Of a DNA stretch of 64,000 nt, positions 19,333-28,378 are shown in pieces. The stretch is from Candidatus Aquidulcis sp. (lineage in GTDB: Bacteria > Chloroflexota > Anaerolineae > Anaerolineales > UBA4823), in the NCBI GenBank assembly GCA_020723385.1, contig DYIZ01000010.1:5190-69189 (forward strand), written 5' to 3'. Each line of letters begins with the position of its first letter. Within the stretch, counting starts at the first letter, position 1. The notes under the pieces were generated by a model. That model was not told the origin of the DNA. It worked only from the letters and a program-made list of their open reading frames with translations, and made no database searches. The position numbers and the translations under genes were made by a program.

Positions 19333-20241
19333 CTATTCGACGCGCAGTTCCGCCCCGCAAGAACGGCAAAAACGGTCGCCCGTCGAGGCGCGCGTGCCAC
19401 ATTGATGACAGTAAACGTTCTCATTGACGCTTTCCTTGACCATCGGCCGGGCAGACTTCCGGCGGCCGCGAGGCAGGCTGATGACACGCGTCTTTTGTCT
19501 GCCGGTGAAAAAGTACCAGCTCACACCGCCGATGATAAGCGTCACGCCCACGCCGCCGAGCAGCCAGGGCAGCGCCTGCGAGATGTTGGGATTCGGCGAT
19601 GGCGCGGGCAGCGGCTCGCTGGGCTGCACCGTCAGAAATTCGGCAGTCAGTGATTCAGAAGATTTCTGGTATTCCAGCGAAACCGTAAAACTTTGGCCTT
19701 GCTTCACCATCCCGGCTTCGATCGTATAGTAAACCAGGCCTTCCGCGCCGGTGAGGGGATTCATCGAACCGGGAGAGATGCGCATCCCGGTTGCGCCAAA
19801 AGGCTGCTGGACGGAGACAATCACCGAGTTGACGGTATATTCGCCGAGCCAGCCATAGGTAAACTTACGGGTCACGCCGTCTCTTTCGATGCCGGGATCA
19901 TAATACTCCACCTGGATGACCGGCAAGGCTGCCGTGAATGACACCTCGGCCATACTCCCAACGACTTGATAATCGTAGGCAACCTCGTCAACTGTACTTT
20001 TAGACTGCCCAACCGCCACAACATTGGGCTTGCCGGCAGACGTAGGGATGCGAAACATCATTTGCGCGGGCAGTGTCGTCTCAGCCGAGAGAGTCATCCG
20101 GTAGATGACCAGCATACTGGCACGATCATATTCCGGCCACAAATCAATTTGAATATCGCTCAAGCTGACTTCACCCTGGCTGCGCGCTACCCCGGGTATC
20201 AAAAAAATCCCCAACAGAAGAATCAAGATCCATTTTCGCAT
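19333..20241 (-). CDS. bitopic membrane protein with an extracytoplasmic domain and a cytoplasmic zinc ribbon; first gene of the ccm cluster
   Basis: 302-aa ORF with signal MRKWILILLLGIFLIPGVARS, TM LLGGVGVTLIIGGVSWYFF and C-terminal YCHQCGTRASTGDRFCRSCG. Confidence 0.6.
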   Translation of the reverse strand: MRKWILILLLGIFLIPGVARSQGEVSLSDIQIDLWPEYDRASMLVIYRMTLSAETTLPAQMMFRIPTSAGKPNVVAVGQSKSTVDEVAYDYQVVGSMAEVSFTAALPVIQVEYYDPGIERDGVTRKFTYGWLGEYTVNSVIVSVQQPFGATGMRISPGSMNPLTGAEGLVYYTIEAGMVKQGQSFTVSLEYQKSSESLTAEFLTVQPSEPLPAPSPNPNISQALPWLLGGVGVTLIIGGVSWYFFTGRQKTRVISLPRGRRKSARPMVKESVNENVYCHQCGTRASTGDRFCRSCGAELRVE

Positions 20242-20311
20242 GTACAGGCCTCATCAAAACGAGAATTGGTTAAATCATACCATGTTTGGCCCATTTAGAT
20301 TAAGGAATCAT

Positions 20312-21073
20312 TCATCCAATCGCCCCCTTCAGTTGCCGCGCCAGCGCGCCGAAAGCCTCCGTGTAACGAATATCGTCATCGCGTGGTCGGGGCAGCGTCA
20401 CCCGCAAATCCAGCCGCAGCTTGCCGGGCCGCGGGCTGAGCACCAGCACCCGGTCGGCCAGCAGCAGCGCCTCCGAGATCGAGTGCGTCACCATCAGCAC
20501 CGTCTTGCGATTGGCCTGCCAGATGCGCAGCAGCTCGGCACCCATGCGCTCACGGGTCAGCGCGTCCAATGAGCCAAACGGCTCATCGAGCAGCAGCAGC
20601 GCCGGATCGTGAACCAGGGCGCGCCCAATCGCCACGCGCTGCGCCATCCCCCCCGACAGATCACGCGGCAGCGCCCGCTCGAACCCCTCCAGCCCCACCA
20701 GCTTGACCATCGCCAGCGCCCGCGCCAACGCCTCCCAATGCGGCAGGCCAGCCAATTCCAGCGGCAGCGTGATGTTTTCGATCACGCTGCGCCAGGGCAT
20801 CAGATTGGCTCTTTGAAAGACGAAGCCGATGCCGTCTGCCGGGCCGTTGAGCCGCTCGCCCCGGTAGAGAATCTCCCCTCCGGTGGGTGGAAGCAGCCCG
20901 GCGAGGGCGCGCAGCAAGGTAGATTTGCCGCACCCCGATGGCCCTAACACGCACACAAACTCCTCCGGCCAGACAGTGAACGACAAATCATCCAAAGCCT
21001 GCAATCCGCCGTTCCGGTCAGGGAACACAGCGCTGAGACGGTGCGTGATGATGACAGGGGATGAGGGTAACAT
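20312..21073 (-). CDS. ABC transporter ATP-binding protein (NitT/TauT-type)
   Basis: Walker A GPSGCGKST, signature LSGGMAQRVAIGRA, Walker B LLLDEPF. ATG 21073 preferred over TTG 21097. Confidence 0.85.
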   Translation of the reverse strand: MLPSSPVIITHRLSAVFPDRNGGLQALDDLSFTVWPEEFVCVLGPSGCGKSTLLRALAGLLPPTGGEILYRGERLNGPADGIGFVFQRANLMPWRSVIENITLPLELAGLPHWEALARALAMVKLVGLEGFERALPRDLSGGMAQRVAIGRALVHDPALLLLDEPFGSLDALTRERMGAELLRIWQANRKTVLMVTHSISEALLLADRVLVLSPRPGKLRLDLRVTLPRPRDDDIRYTEAFGALARQLKGAIG

Positions 21074-21100
21074 GGCTGTTTGTTGGAAGAGAAGCAAGGA

Positions 21101-21216
21101 CAGGAGTAAGCAGGTCAGCGGGTAAACAGGTAAACAGGGAGGAAGCAGATACCTGCCTACCTGTCTACCTGCCTACCTGTCTACTTGCCTACCTGTCTAC
21201 TTGCCTACTTGTTTAC
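21101..21216. repeat. compound inverted array: GTAAACAGG words facing eight CTG(C/T)CTAC octamers
   Basis: gtaagcaggtcagcgggtaaacaggtaaacaggg (left). On the right (21153..21216): ctgcctac ctgtctac ctgcctac ctgtctac ttgcctac ctgtctac ttgcctac ttgtttac. This fills the spacer between the binding-protein stop (21205) and the ATPase start. Confidence 0.9.
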
Positions 21217-22287
21217 TTTCACATACTCATTCGTATACGCCTGCAGCACATCCATTCTTTGCGTCAGCAGCCCCATATCCAGCAGCACTTGCTGCATATT
21301 CTCCCAGGCGGCCGGGTCCGACTGCCCAATGACATCGGCCTTCCAGAATTCAATGGAGGTCGCCAAAACCTGCTTTTGCACGGCCTGGTCGGCTTGAGCC
21401 AGCGTGGGGACGAAGGCGTTACAGATTTCGAAGGCTTCTTCGGGATAGGCAATCGTATCGGCGATGCCGCGCAGCATGGCCTGCACCATCCGCCGCACCA
21501 AATCGGGATTATCGGCCAGCGTTTCCTCGTTGGTGATCAGCCCGTTCGAGGCAAGCTGCACCACGTCAGCCACGCGGATCACGTCAATCTCGTAACCCTG
21601 GGCGCGCAACTGCACCGGCTCGTTGGCCGCGTACACCACCACCGCCTGCTCCTGACCGGCCGCCAGCGCCTCCACCTGTGTAAAGCCGATCACATCCAGC
21701 GTCACGTCGCTTTCCTTCAGCCCGGCGGCGTTCAACAAGGCGCGGAAGCCGATGTAGCTGGCCCCGGAGAGCATCGGGATGCCAATCTTCTTCCCGGCCA
21801 AATCCTGGGGGGTTTTGATGCCCGCTTCGGTCTTGGCTGCCACCGCCACGGGATAATCCTGATACCAGGCTGTCACGTATACCACCGGCAGCCCCTGGGC
21901 GCGCGCCAGCAGCACCTGCTCGCCCGAGACGACCGCGAATTGCAGCTCACCCGTCCCCACCAGCCCGACCGCGTCGGTCTCGAAGCTGTAATCGAACTCG
22001 ACTTCGATGCCCGCCTGGCGAAAATAACCTTTCTGCACGGCAACGTACAGCGGGGCAAACTGCACATTGGGGATATATCCAACGGGCAGACGGATGCGAG
22101 TAAGCGCGGGGACGGCGCTGCCCGGATCGGGGTAGGGGTCAGAACTGCCGACGATGGGAACGTACACCGCCGGAGGGGGGTAGGCTCCACCCGTGGGAGT
22201 CGCGGTACCCTTTGGGGCAGGGCCGGTGCAACTGCCTAAAACCAGCGTCAAAACGAGAAAAACAACCGGGATGCGCCAATTTTTCAT
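21205..22287 (-). CDS. NMT1/ThiY/SsuA-type periplasmic substrate-binding lipoprotein (RibY-like by context)
   Basis: Start ATG 22287 after GAGGAG. Lipobox LVLGSCTG. VGYIPNVQFAPLYVAVQKGYF ... DVIGFTQVEALAAGQ is typical of NMT1/THI5-like binding proteins. Confidence 0.8.
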   Translation of the reverse strand: MKNWRIPVVFLVLTLVLGSCTGPAPKGTATPTGGAYPPPAVYVPIVGSSDPYPDPGSAVPALTRIRLPVGYIPNVQFAPLYVAVQKGYFRQAGIEVEFDYSFETDAVGLVGTGELQFAVVSGEQVLLARAQGLPVVYVTAWYQDYPVAVAAKTEAGIKTPQDLAGKKIGIPMLSGASYIGFRALLNAAGLKESDVTLDVIGFTQVEALAAGQEQAVVVYAANEPVQLRAQGYEIDVIRVADVVQLASNGLITNEETLADNPDLVRRMVQAMLRGIADTIAYPEEAFEICNAFVPTLAQADQAVQKQVLATSIEFWKADVIGQSDPAAWENMQQVLLDMGLLTQRMDVLQAYTNEYVKVNK

Positions 22288-22291
22288 AGTT

Positions 22292-23125
22292 TTACTCCTC
22301 ATCGGTGCGAGAGATTCGCTCGGGGCGTCGCTGCCAGCCGAGCAGCAGATATTCCAACAAGACGACGATCCCATACAGAGTCATCGCCATCGCAATCAGG
22401 GTGAAAACGGCCACGAATACCAGCGGGGTGTCGTACAATCCCCGCCCGATATTGACCAGGAATCCCAGCCCATATTTCGCGCCCACGAACTCGCCCACCA
22501 CCGCGCCGATGACGGAAAGCGTGGCTCCCACGCGCAGCCCGCCCAGGAACACCGGCAGCGCGGCGGGCACTTCCAACAGGGTGAAGGTTTGCCAGCGGGT
22601 GGCGCGCAGCGAGCGCATCAGCTCGCGCAGCTCGTCGGGAACGGTGCGCATCCCGACGATAGTGTTGATCAGCACCGGGAAGAAGACGATCAGCGCGCAG
22701 ATGAGCACTTTGGAGAACAGCCCCGGCCCGAACCAGATCACGAGCAGCGGTGCAATCGCGACCACAGGGATGGATTGGCTGGCGACAACGTAGGGAGTGA
22801 GCAGCCGCTCGACGGGGCGCGACTTGGCGAGCAAATAGCCGAGCGTGGTGGCGGCAAGCACGCCCAGCGCCAGCCCGGAGAGCACCTCGCCGAGCGTGAC
22901 CAGGCCATTGATGAGCAGCGTGCCATCCAGCACAGCCTGTGCGGCGCGCGCGAGCACCCGTCCCGGCGAGGGCAGCATGAATACCGGGACGACTTTCAGG
23001 CGGGTGGTGATATGCCAGGCCATCAGCCCCAACCCGAGCGAGAAAACGAGCAGGAACGCGCCATGCTCCAGTAAAGCCTGGCCAAGACGGCGGGAAGTGG
23101 TTTTTGGAGGTCGAGTGTGCACCAT
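22292..23125 (-). CDS. ABC transporter permease (TauC/SsuC/ThiX-type; RibX-like by context)
   Basis: Polytopic ORF with EAA-loop-like ELMRSLRATRWQTFTLLEVPAALP. ATG 23125 preferred; the GTG 23146 of the track lies inside a hairpin. Confidence 0.8.
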   Translation of the reverse strand: MVHTRPPKTTSRRLGQALLEHGAFLLVFSLGLGLMAWHITTRLKVVPVFMLPSPGRVLARAAQAVLDGTLLINGLVTLGEVLSGLALGVLAATTLGYLLAKSRPVERLLTPYVVASQSIPVVAIAPLLVIWFGPGLFSKVLICALIVFFPVLINTIVGMRTVPDELRELMRSLRATRWQTFTLLEVPAALPVFLGGLRVGATLSVIGAVVGEFVGAKYGLGFLVNIGRGLYDTPLVFVAVFTLIAMAMTLYGIVVLLEYLLLGWQRRPERISRTDEE

Positions 23126-23192
23126 AACAAATCTGCCCCGAGACACATTTCGGGGCAGGAAAAATCAAACACCATCCGCGCGGGTCAATAAT

Positions 23193-23241
23193 GCTGAAAG
23201 CTGACTGCTGAACGCTGAACGCTGAACGCTGATAGCTCTAA
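23193..23241. repeat. seven GCTGAAC-type heptamers inside the riboswitch expression platform
   Basis: gctgaaa gctgact gctgaac gctgaac gctgaac gctgata gctctaa. Confidence 0.9.
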
Positions 23242-23376
23242 GCCTTCTTTCATCCGGACTGTACCGTCGGCTCCGGAGTTTCACCGGATCGTGTGCGGGG
23301 GTTGGCTGCACTCGTGGGCTGTACCACCGGTCGGGAATGGGGATATGGTTTCATCCCTCACCCTGCCCCGAAGGCT
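23241..23376 (-). promoter_or_regulatory. FMN riboswitch (RFN element) upstream of the ABC permease
   Basis: Minus-strand RNA: AGCCUUCGGGGCAGGGUGA..(insert)..AUUCCCGACCGGUGGUACAGCCCACGAGUG....GAUCCGGUGAAACUCCGGAGCCGACGGUACAGUCCGGAUGAAAGAAGGCU. This matches the conserved RFN cores (CUUCGGGGCAGGGUGAAAUUCCCGACCGGCGGUA.AGCCCGCGAGC and GGUGAAAUUCC..GCCGACAGUAUAGUCUGGAUGGGAGAAGG) and closes with P1 AGCCUUC/GAAGGCU. A downstream hairpin, 23133..23158 (cugccccga/ucggggcag), abuts the start codon. Confidence 0.85.
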
Positions 23377-23476
23377 GTGTATGCGGTTGTGAGCGGATTA
23401 TATCAGAATGCAGGCAGGGCTGCTTGACTCAAAAGATGATTGCAGAGATAATCAGGGCAAAGCTGAAAGGCCAGAA

Positions 23477-23878
23477 ATGGGTATAACCATGTCCGATTCG
23501 ACCAAATCCTGTCTCTCCATATTCTTCTTCGCCGCCATGTTCATCCTGCCGATTGTCGGCTTCGTGGTGGGCTGGACACAATGGGATGTCCGCACCGGGC
23601 TGATCATTGCCGCGGTGATTTTCGTGCTTTGTTTCGTCGCCGCGGGGGCGCTGATCGCGACCGTGAAGCAAATCCCGTGGCTGGTGGTGGCGCTGCCCAT
23701 TGTCGGGGCGCTGGTCTACCTGGTGCTGCCGGATATCGTGCCCGGCCCAGTGGATGATGGGGTGGTGATGACCGCCGGAACGCTGGTCTCGATCCTCCTG
23801 GCATTGAAGAAACAATTCGCCAGCGGCAACGCTACCGAGATCGCAAAGTCGGAAGAAACGAATGGAGAAACCCTATGA
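23477..23878 (+). CDS. small polytopic membrane protein, hypothetical
   Basis: Three to four hydrophobic segments (CLSIFFFAAMFILPIVGFVVGW, LIIAAVIFVLCFVAAGALIA, WLVVALPIVGALVYLVL). Start uncertain (23477 or 23489). The stop overlaps the next ATG. Confidence 0.5.
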   Translation: MGITMSDSTKSCLSIFFFAAMFILPIVGFVVGWTQWDVRTGLIIAAVIFVLCFVAAGALIATVKQIPWLVVALPIVGALVYLVLPDIVPGPVDDGVVMTAGTLVSILLALKKQFASGNATEIAKSEETNGETL

Positions 23879-24447
23879 GCCGTCGAATTGCCCTCCGGTT
23901 TTGGCTGATTTGGCTTGTCATCCTGCCCCTGGCGGCCTGCGGCGGCTCCCCTTCGGTGAAATATACTTCCACGGAATGCGGACTCAGCCTGACTTTCCCT
24001 GAAGGCTGGGAAGTCGAAGAAGAAACGCTGCCCGAAGAGGGTCTGGTGCGCATGACCGCCGGAATGCCCGCCAACCAGGACAGCGAGAATCTGCATCCGC
24101 TGGTGGTCATCGCCACCTGCGACGCCACGCACACCTGCTCCAATACGCCGGATAAGGCCGTCTGTTATATCGAATACACCTCGCAGCGCATGACCGAGGC
24201 CTGGCAAAATGTGGCTTTCATCACCGATCTGACGACGTTGAAAATTGGCGGGAGACCGGCTGCCAGCCGGATCGCCACTGGCCCGATCTACAATGGCGAG
24301 CCGCCCCAGTATCTTTACTTATTCGCCGTAGAGCCGCCGCAAACCGAACAGGGGGTGATTTACCTGTGGGGGATCATCAACCCGGAGGATTGGGCTGGAT
24401 TTCAGGGGGTTATCGAAAAGATTGCCAACAGCATGAGGTTCGAGTAA
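23875..24447 (+). CDS. hypothetical lipoprotein
   Basis: 190-aa ORF with signal + lipobox LVILPLAACGG. No recognisable domain. Confidence 0.6.
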   Translation: MSRRIALRFWLIWLVILPLAACGGSPSVKYTSTECGLSLTFPEGWEVEEETLPEEGLVRMTAGMPANQDSENLHPLVVIATCDATHTCSNTPDKAVCYIEYTSQRMTEAWQNVAFITDLTTLKIGGRPAASRIATGPIYNGEPPQYLYLFAVEPPQTEQGVIYLWGIINPEDWAGFQGVIEKIANSMRFE

Positions 24448-24458
24448 CGGGGGGAGCA

Positions 24459-27242
24459 TCATTCGCTGCTGATCACCACCCGGTTGCGGCCTTGCTCCTT
24501 CGCCCGGTGTTCGGCCTGATTGGCGCGGTCAATGAGCGCCGCCAAATCTGGCATATCGGCGGATAGCTCTGCCACCCCGATGCTGACCGTGACCCCCAGC
24601 TCGCCGCGCTCCGTGGGCGACCGCATCGCCTCGATCTCCTGCCGCAGCCGCTCGGCGACGAGACTCGCTGCGGACAGGGTCGTTTCTGGCAGCAGGATGA
24701 CGAACTCCTCGCCGCCGAAGCGCGTCAGCAAGTCAATCACCCGCATGTTAGCCCGCGCCTGCTCGGCTACGCTGTGAAGCACGACATTTCCAATGGCATG
24801 GCTGTACTGGTTGTTGAATTCGCGGAAATGGTCAATATCGAAAAACAGCACCGACAGGGGACGCTCGAAGCGGCGGGCGCGCTCGAACTCACGTGTGCCC
24901 AGCTCCAGCAGGCCACGGTAATTATAGATTCCGGTCAGCTCGTCCACGATAGCCTGGCGCTGCAATTCTTCGTAAAGCCGCGCGTTTTCGAGGGCCAGGC
25001 CGGCCCGTTCGGCAAACGCTGCCGCCATGCGCCGCGCCCGCTCGTCGAAAGCATCGAATTGTGGGCTTTGCAGATCGAGGATTCCAATGACCTGCCCGCG
25101 GGCGTAGAGCGGCACATCCAATTCCGTTATCGTGTCGGGATGGCTGGCGATATAACCGGATGCCTGGCGCACATCGGGCGCATAAACGGGCTGCCCTGAA
25201 TTGGCTGCTGCAACCGAAAGCCCAGACCCATCCAGCGGCAGCATCTCCGGCGAATTGATCTCGTAATCTCCGTAACGCGCCACGCGTATCAAAGCAGAGT
25301 GCGCCTCGTCAACCAGCAGCACTCCGCAATTGACAAAGCCCAACTCGTCTTTAACCACTTCGGCAATCTGGCGGGCCAGTGAGACCACATCGCTGCTCGG
25401 ATTGAGCAGCCGCGCCGAAGCCCGGTAAAGCGCGGCCACCTCGGCGGCCTGCTTTTGCTGCTCACCGTACAAACGTGCGTTTTCGATGGCAATAGTCGCC
25501 TGCGCCGCGATCGTCTCCAGCAAGCGGATTGCATCCGGGTCATACGCGTTCACCTGGTAACTTTGAATGGACAACACACCGACAACCTGCTCGCGCAGCA
25601 TCAGGGGAATGCCCAAGAAAGCGCGGGCATGTTGTCCGCCGACCTGGATGATCGGGAACGGCAGTGCGATGCCAGGATTCAGTAAATCCGGCACATACAG
25701 CGCTTGCCCGGTTTGGATGATGTAGCCGGTGATACCCGGTTCGATCTCGATCTTGCGGGGTGGGATCTCCACCAACTGGCCCTGGTCAAAGAAAATTGGA
25801 AAGGTAAGCAGGCCTGTTCGGTGATCGTACAGCGCCAGGTAAAAAGCCTGGATCGGGACGAGCAGCAGGCACTGCTCGTAGATGGTTCTCAGTACGTGAT
25901 CCATATCCAGACCGGAGACGATAGCCAAACCGATGCGGTTGAGGGTGCCCAACTGCTCTGCCCGGTTAGCCGTCTCAGTGAATAGGCGGGCATTTTCGAT
26001 TGCGATTGCGGCCTGGTTGGCGAATAAACTGACCAGGCGGATATCCTCTTCAGGAAAAAGACCAATTTCTTCGTCATCGGTGACATTGACAACCCCAATG
26101 ATTCGATTGCTGACCTCGAGGGGGACTGCCAGTACATGGCAGAAGGGGCTATCCTGGTAGTTTTGCGCCCGTCCCTCCCAAATCCGGTGGTCGGCGATGT
26201 TGACCGGCTTTCTGGTCAGAGCGGCGCGTCCCGCAGCGCCTTCACCGAGGTGAAGCGCCTTGCCGATAAAGGTTTCTGGCAAATTATAGACGGTCACCAG
26301 TTCGAGCCTGCTGCCACCAGATTGCATCAAATACAGCGCTCCCATCCGCGCCCCGACCAATTGGGCTGCGTGTTCAGGGATGGCCATCAACAGATCTGGT
26401 AAATCAAGGTGGGCATTGATCTCCAATGAGCGTTGATATAACAATGCCATCTGGCCTGCCGAACGCGCCAGGGTCTCCTCTGAATGTTTGCGCTCGGTAA
26501 TCTCACGGATGATCGCCAGCACCTCATCATGATTGATAGGTGCAATACGACATTCGTAATAGGGGTTTTGCTTTCCAGGGCGAATTTGAAATTCAAAGGA
26601 AGCCGGCCGGTTGTTTTCCAGCGCGCTGGCGATGGCTTTTATCGTAAGCTGCGCCACATGCGGCGGGAGAACATTCTCGATACTTCGATCGAGAAATTCT
26701 CCCGGCGGCAGCAACAACCGGCCCAGATCGGATGTGCTATAGCTCAGAAAAACCCCCTTGCTCGATAGCCGAAATACAAGATCGGGAATGGCCGAGATCA
26801 GCGCGCTCTGTTCTTGAGCCTGACTGCCCAGGGTTTGTGCAATTTTCCGTTGCGCGCTTGCCAGGCGGTAAATAATCTCAGCAACGATAAAGATCCCCAA
26901 AAAAGACCCCGCAATCGTCTGTATCGAATCGCTGAAGCTGTCGGATATGGCATAAGTGACGGCCAGGGCAGTTATTGACAAAGTAAAGAGCAAGGTCTGG
27001 TACGCCCATCGAGAGTAATAATACGCGGCGTACAGTGTCGGGATGATGCCCAGAAAAAGGATTTGATCGGGCAGCCCAAGTACCCAAACGATCAAACCCA
27101 TTACCACGATCAGCACTGCACAACCGGCCACAAACGCGCCTGGCGGAAACCATTCCTTCGGGGTTTGAACTATTCTGGGTTGGTTGATCACATTACCTCG
27201 AAAAATGCCCCACATAACCGGACTAAGACCGCAATGGGCCAT
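24459..27242 (-). CDS. membrane-anchored PAS/multi-GAF diguanylate cyclase (GGDEF)
   Basis: 927-aa ORF with N-terminal TM segments. Repeated GAF-like blocks each end in AAIAIENARL(F/Y). The C-terminal GGDEF domain has DELTGIYNYRG ... RFGGEEFVILLPET. Confidence 0.85.
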   Translation of the reverse strand: MAHCGLSPVMWGIFRGNVINQPRIVQTPKEWFPPGAFVAGCAVLIVVMGLIVWVLGLPDQILFLGIIPTLYAAYYYSRWAYQTLLFTLSITALAVTYAISDSFSDSIQTIAGSFLGIFIVAEIIYRLASAQRKIAQTLGSQAQEQSALISAIPDLVFRLSSKGVFLSYSTSDLGRLLLPPGEFLDRSIENVLPPHVAQLTIKAIASALENNRPASFEFQIRPGKQNPYYECRIAPINHDEVLAIIREITERKHSEETLARSAGQMALLYQRSLEINAHLDLPDLLMAIPEHAAQLVGARMGALYLMQSGGSRLELVTVYNLPETFIGKALHLGEGAAGRAALTRKPVNIADHRIWEGRAQNYQDSPFCHVLAVPLEVSNRIIGVVNVTDDEEIGLFPEEDIRLVSLFANQAAIAIENARLFTETANRAEQLGTLNRIGLAIVSGLDMDHVLRTIYEQCLLLVPIQAFYLALYDHRTGLLTFPIFFDQGQLVEIPPRKIEIEPGITGYIIQTGQALYVPDLLNPGIALPFPIIQVGGQHARAFLGIPLMLREQVVGVLSIQSYQVNAYDPDAIRLLETIAAQATIAIENARLYGEQQKQAAEVAALYRASARLLNPSSDVVSLARQIAEVVKDELGFVNCGVLLVDEAHSALIRVARYGDYEINSPEMLPLDGSGLSVAAANSGQPVYAPDVRQASGYIASHPDTITELDVPLYARGQVIGILDLQSPQFDAFDERARRMAAAFAERAGLALENARLYEELQRQAIVDELTGIYNYRGLLELGTREFERARRFERPLSVLFFDIDHFREFNNQYSHAIGNVVLHSVAEQARANMRVIDLLTRFGGEEFVILLPETTLSAASLVAERLRQEIEAMRSPTERGELGVTVSIGVAELSADMPDLAALIDRANQAEHRAKEQGRNRVVISSE

Positions 27243-27343
27243 TAAAAATAACCCGTGCAGCGTTTTGCTTCTAACAAACGATAATCCAATTTTACTTTAC
27301 CCCCTTGGGGAATGACCTCTCAAAAATGTACACAGCACATACG

Positions 27344-28369
27344 TCAGAGAGCGTCCTCGAGCCGGGTAAATTCGGCGCGGAACTCAGCTTCCAAACGATC
27401 CTTCTCGGCCTGGGGCAGCAGGCTGGCGCGCACCCCGTTCAGGCTGATGCGCTCCAGCTCCTCGGCAGAAAAACCAAAATGCTCCACCAGCGCCCGGTAT
27501 TCCGCATTCAAATCCGTACCGAACATGGGTGGATCGTCGGAATTGACCGTGACCACCAGCCCGGCATCCCACAACCGGCGCAGCGGATGCGCAGCGTAAT
27601 CGGGATAAACGCCCAGGCGGACGTTGGACGTGGGGCAGATTTCCAGCGGGATTTGACGCTCCCGCAGGAGGTCCATCAGCGCCGGATCCTCGATACAGCG
27701 CACCCCGTGCCCGATGCGGTCGGCACATAGGAGGGTGATCGCATCCCGGATGCTCTCCGGCCCGGCGGTCTCCCCGGCGTGCGGCACGCGCGGCATCCCG
27801 GCCGCGCGCGCCCGCTCGAAAACGGCCACGAAAAGGTTCGGCGGGTATTCAGCCTCGCTGCCGCCCAACCCCAGCGCCACGACCCCCTGCTCCCGCGCCG
27901 CCAGTGCGATGTCCAGCACCTTGTCCTGAGTTTTGGGCAGGTCGCGCACGATGTCGAACACCCAGCGCCAATCCACCCCAAATTCGCGGCGCGCCTGTTC
28001 GCGTCCAGCATTCAGCCCAGCGAGGATCGCCTGCCAGGACAGGCCGGTAAGGCGCATATTGGTCTCGATGGTAAACGTGACTTCAGCATAGCGGATGTTT
28101 TGCCGGGCATTGCCCGCGCCAAATTCGTAGGCGATCAGCCGGTAATCCTCGGGCGTGCGCAGGCAGCCAGTAATGGTGAAATAAGTGTTTACGAAATGGT
28201 CGAAATCGCGAAAGCGGTAAAACTCCTGCAAACCGGCTTCGTCTTGGACGGGCAGAGCAATCCCGTTGCGGCGGGCTAGCTCCAGCACCGTGAGGGGGCG
28301 AATCGAGCCTTCCAGGTGAACGTGCAATTCGGCTTTCGGCATGAGGCGGGCGAATTCGATGAGGTTCAT
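27344..28369 (-). CDS. add: adenosine deaminase
   Basis: MPKAELHVHLEGSIRP, HAGE, and VTVNSDDPPMFGTDL motifs of the adenosine/AMP deaminase superfamily; 341 aa. Confidence 0.9.
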   Translation of the reverse strand: MNLIEFARLMPKAELHVHLEGSIRPLTVLELARRNGIALPVQDEAGLQEFYRFRDFDHFVNTYFTITGCLRTPEDYRLIAYEFGAGNARQNIRYAEVTFTIETNMRLTGLSWQAILAGLNAGREQARREFGVDWRWVFDIVRDLPKTQDKVLDIALAAREQGVVALGLGGSEAEYPPNLFVAVFERARAAGMPRVPHAGETAGPESIRDAITLLCADRIGHGVRCIEDPALMDLLRERQIPLEICPTSNVRLGVYPDYAAHPLRRLWDAGLVVTVNSDDPPMFGTDLNAEYRALVEHFGFSAEELERISLNGVRASLLPQAEKDRLEAEFRAEFTRLEDAL

Positions 28370-28378
28370 TACGTGATT

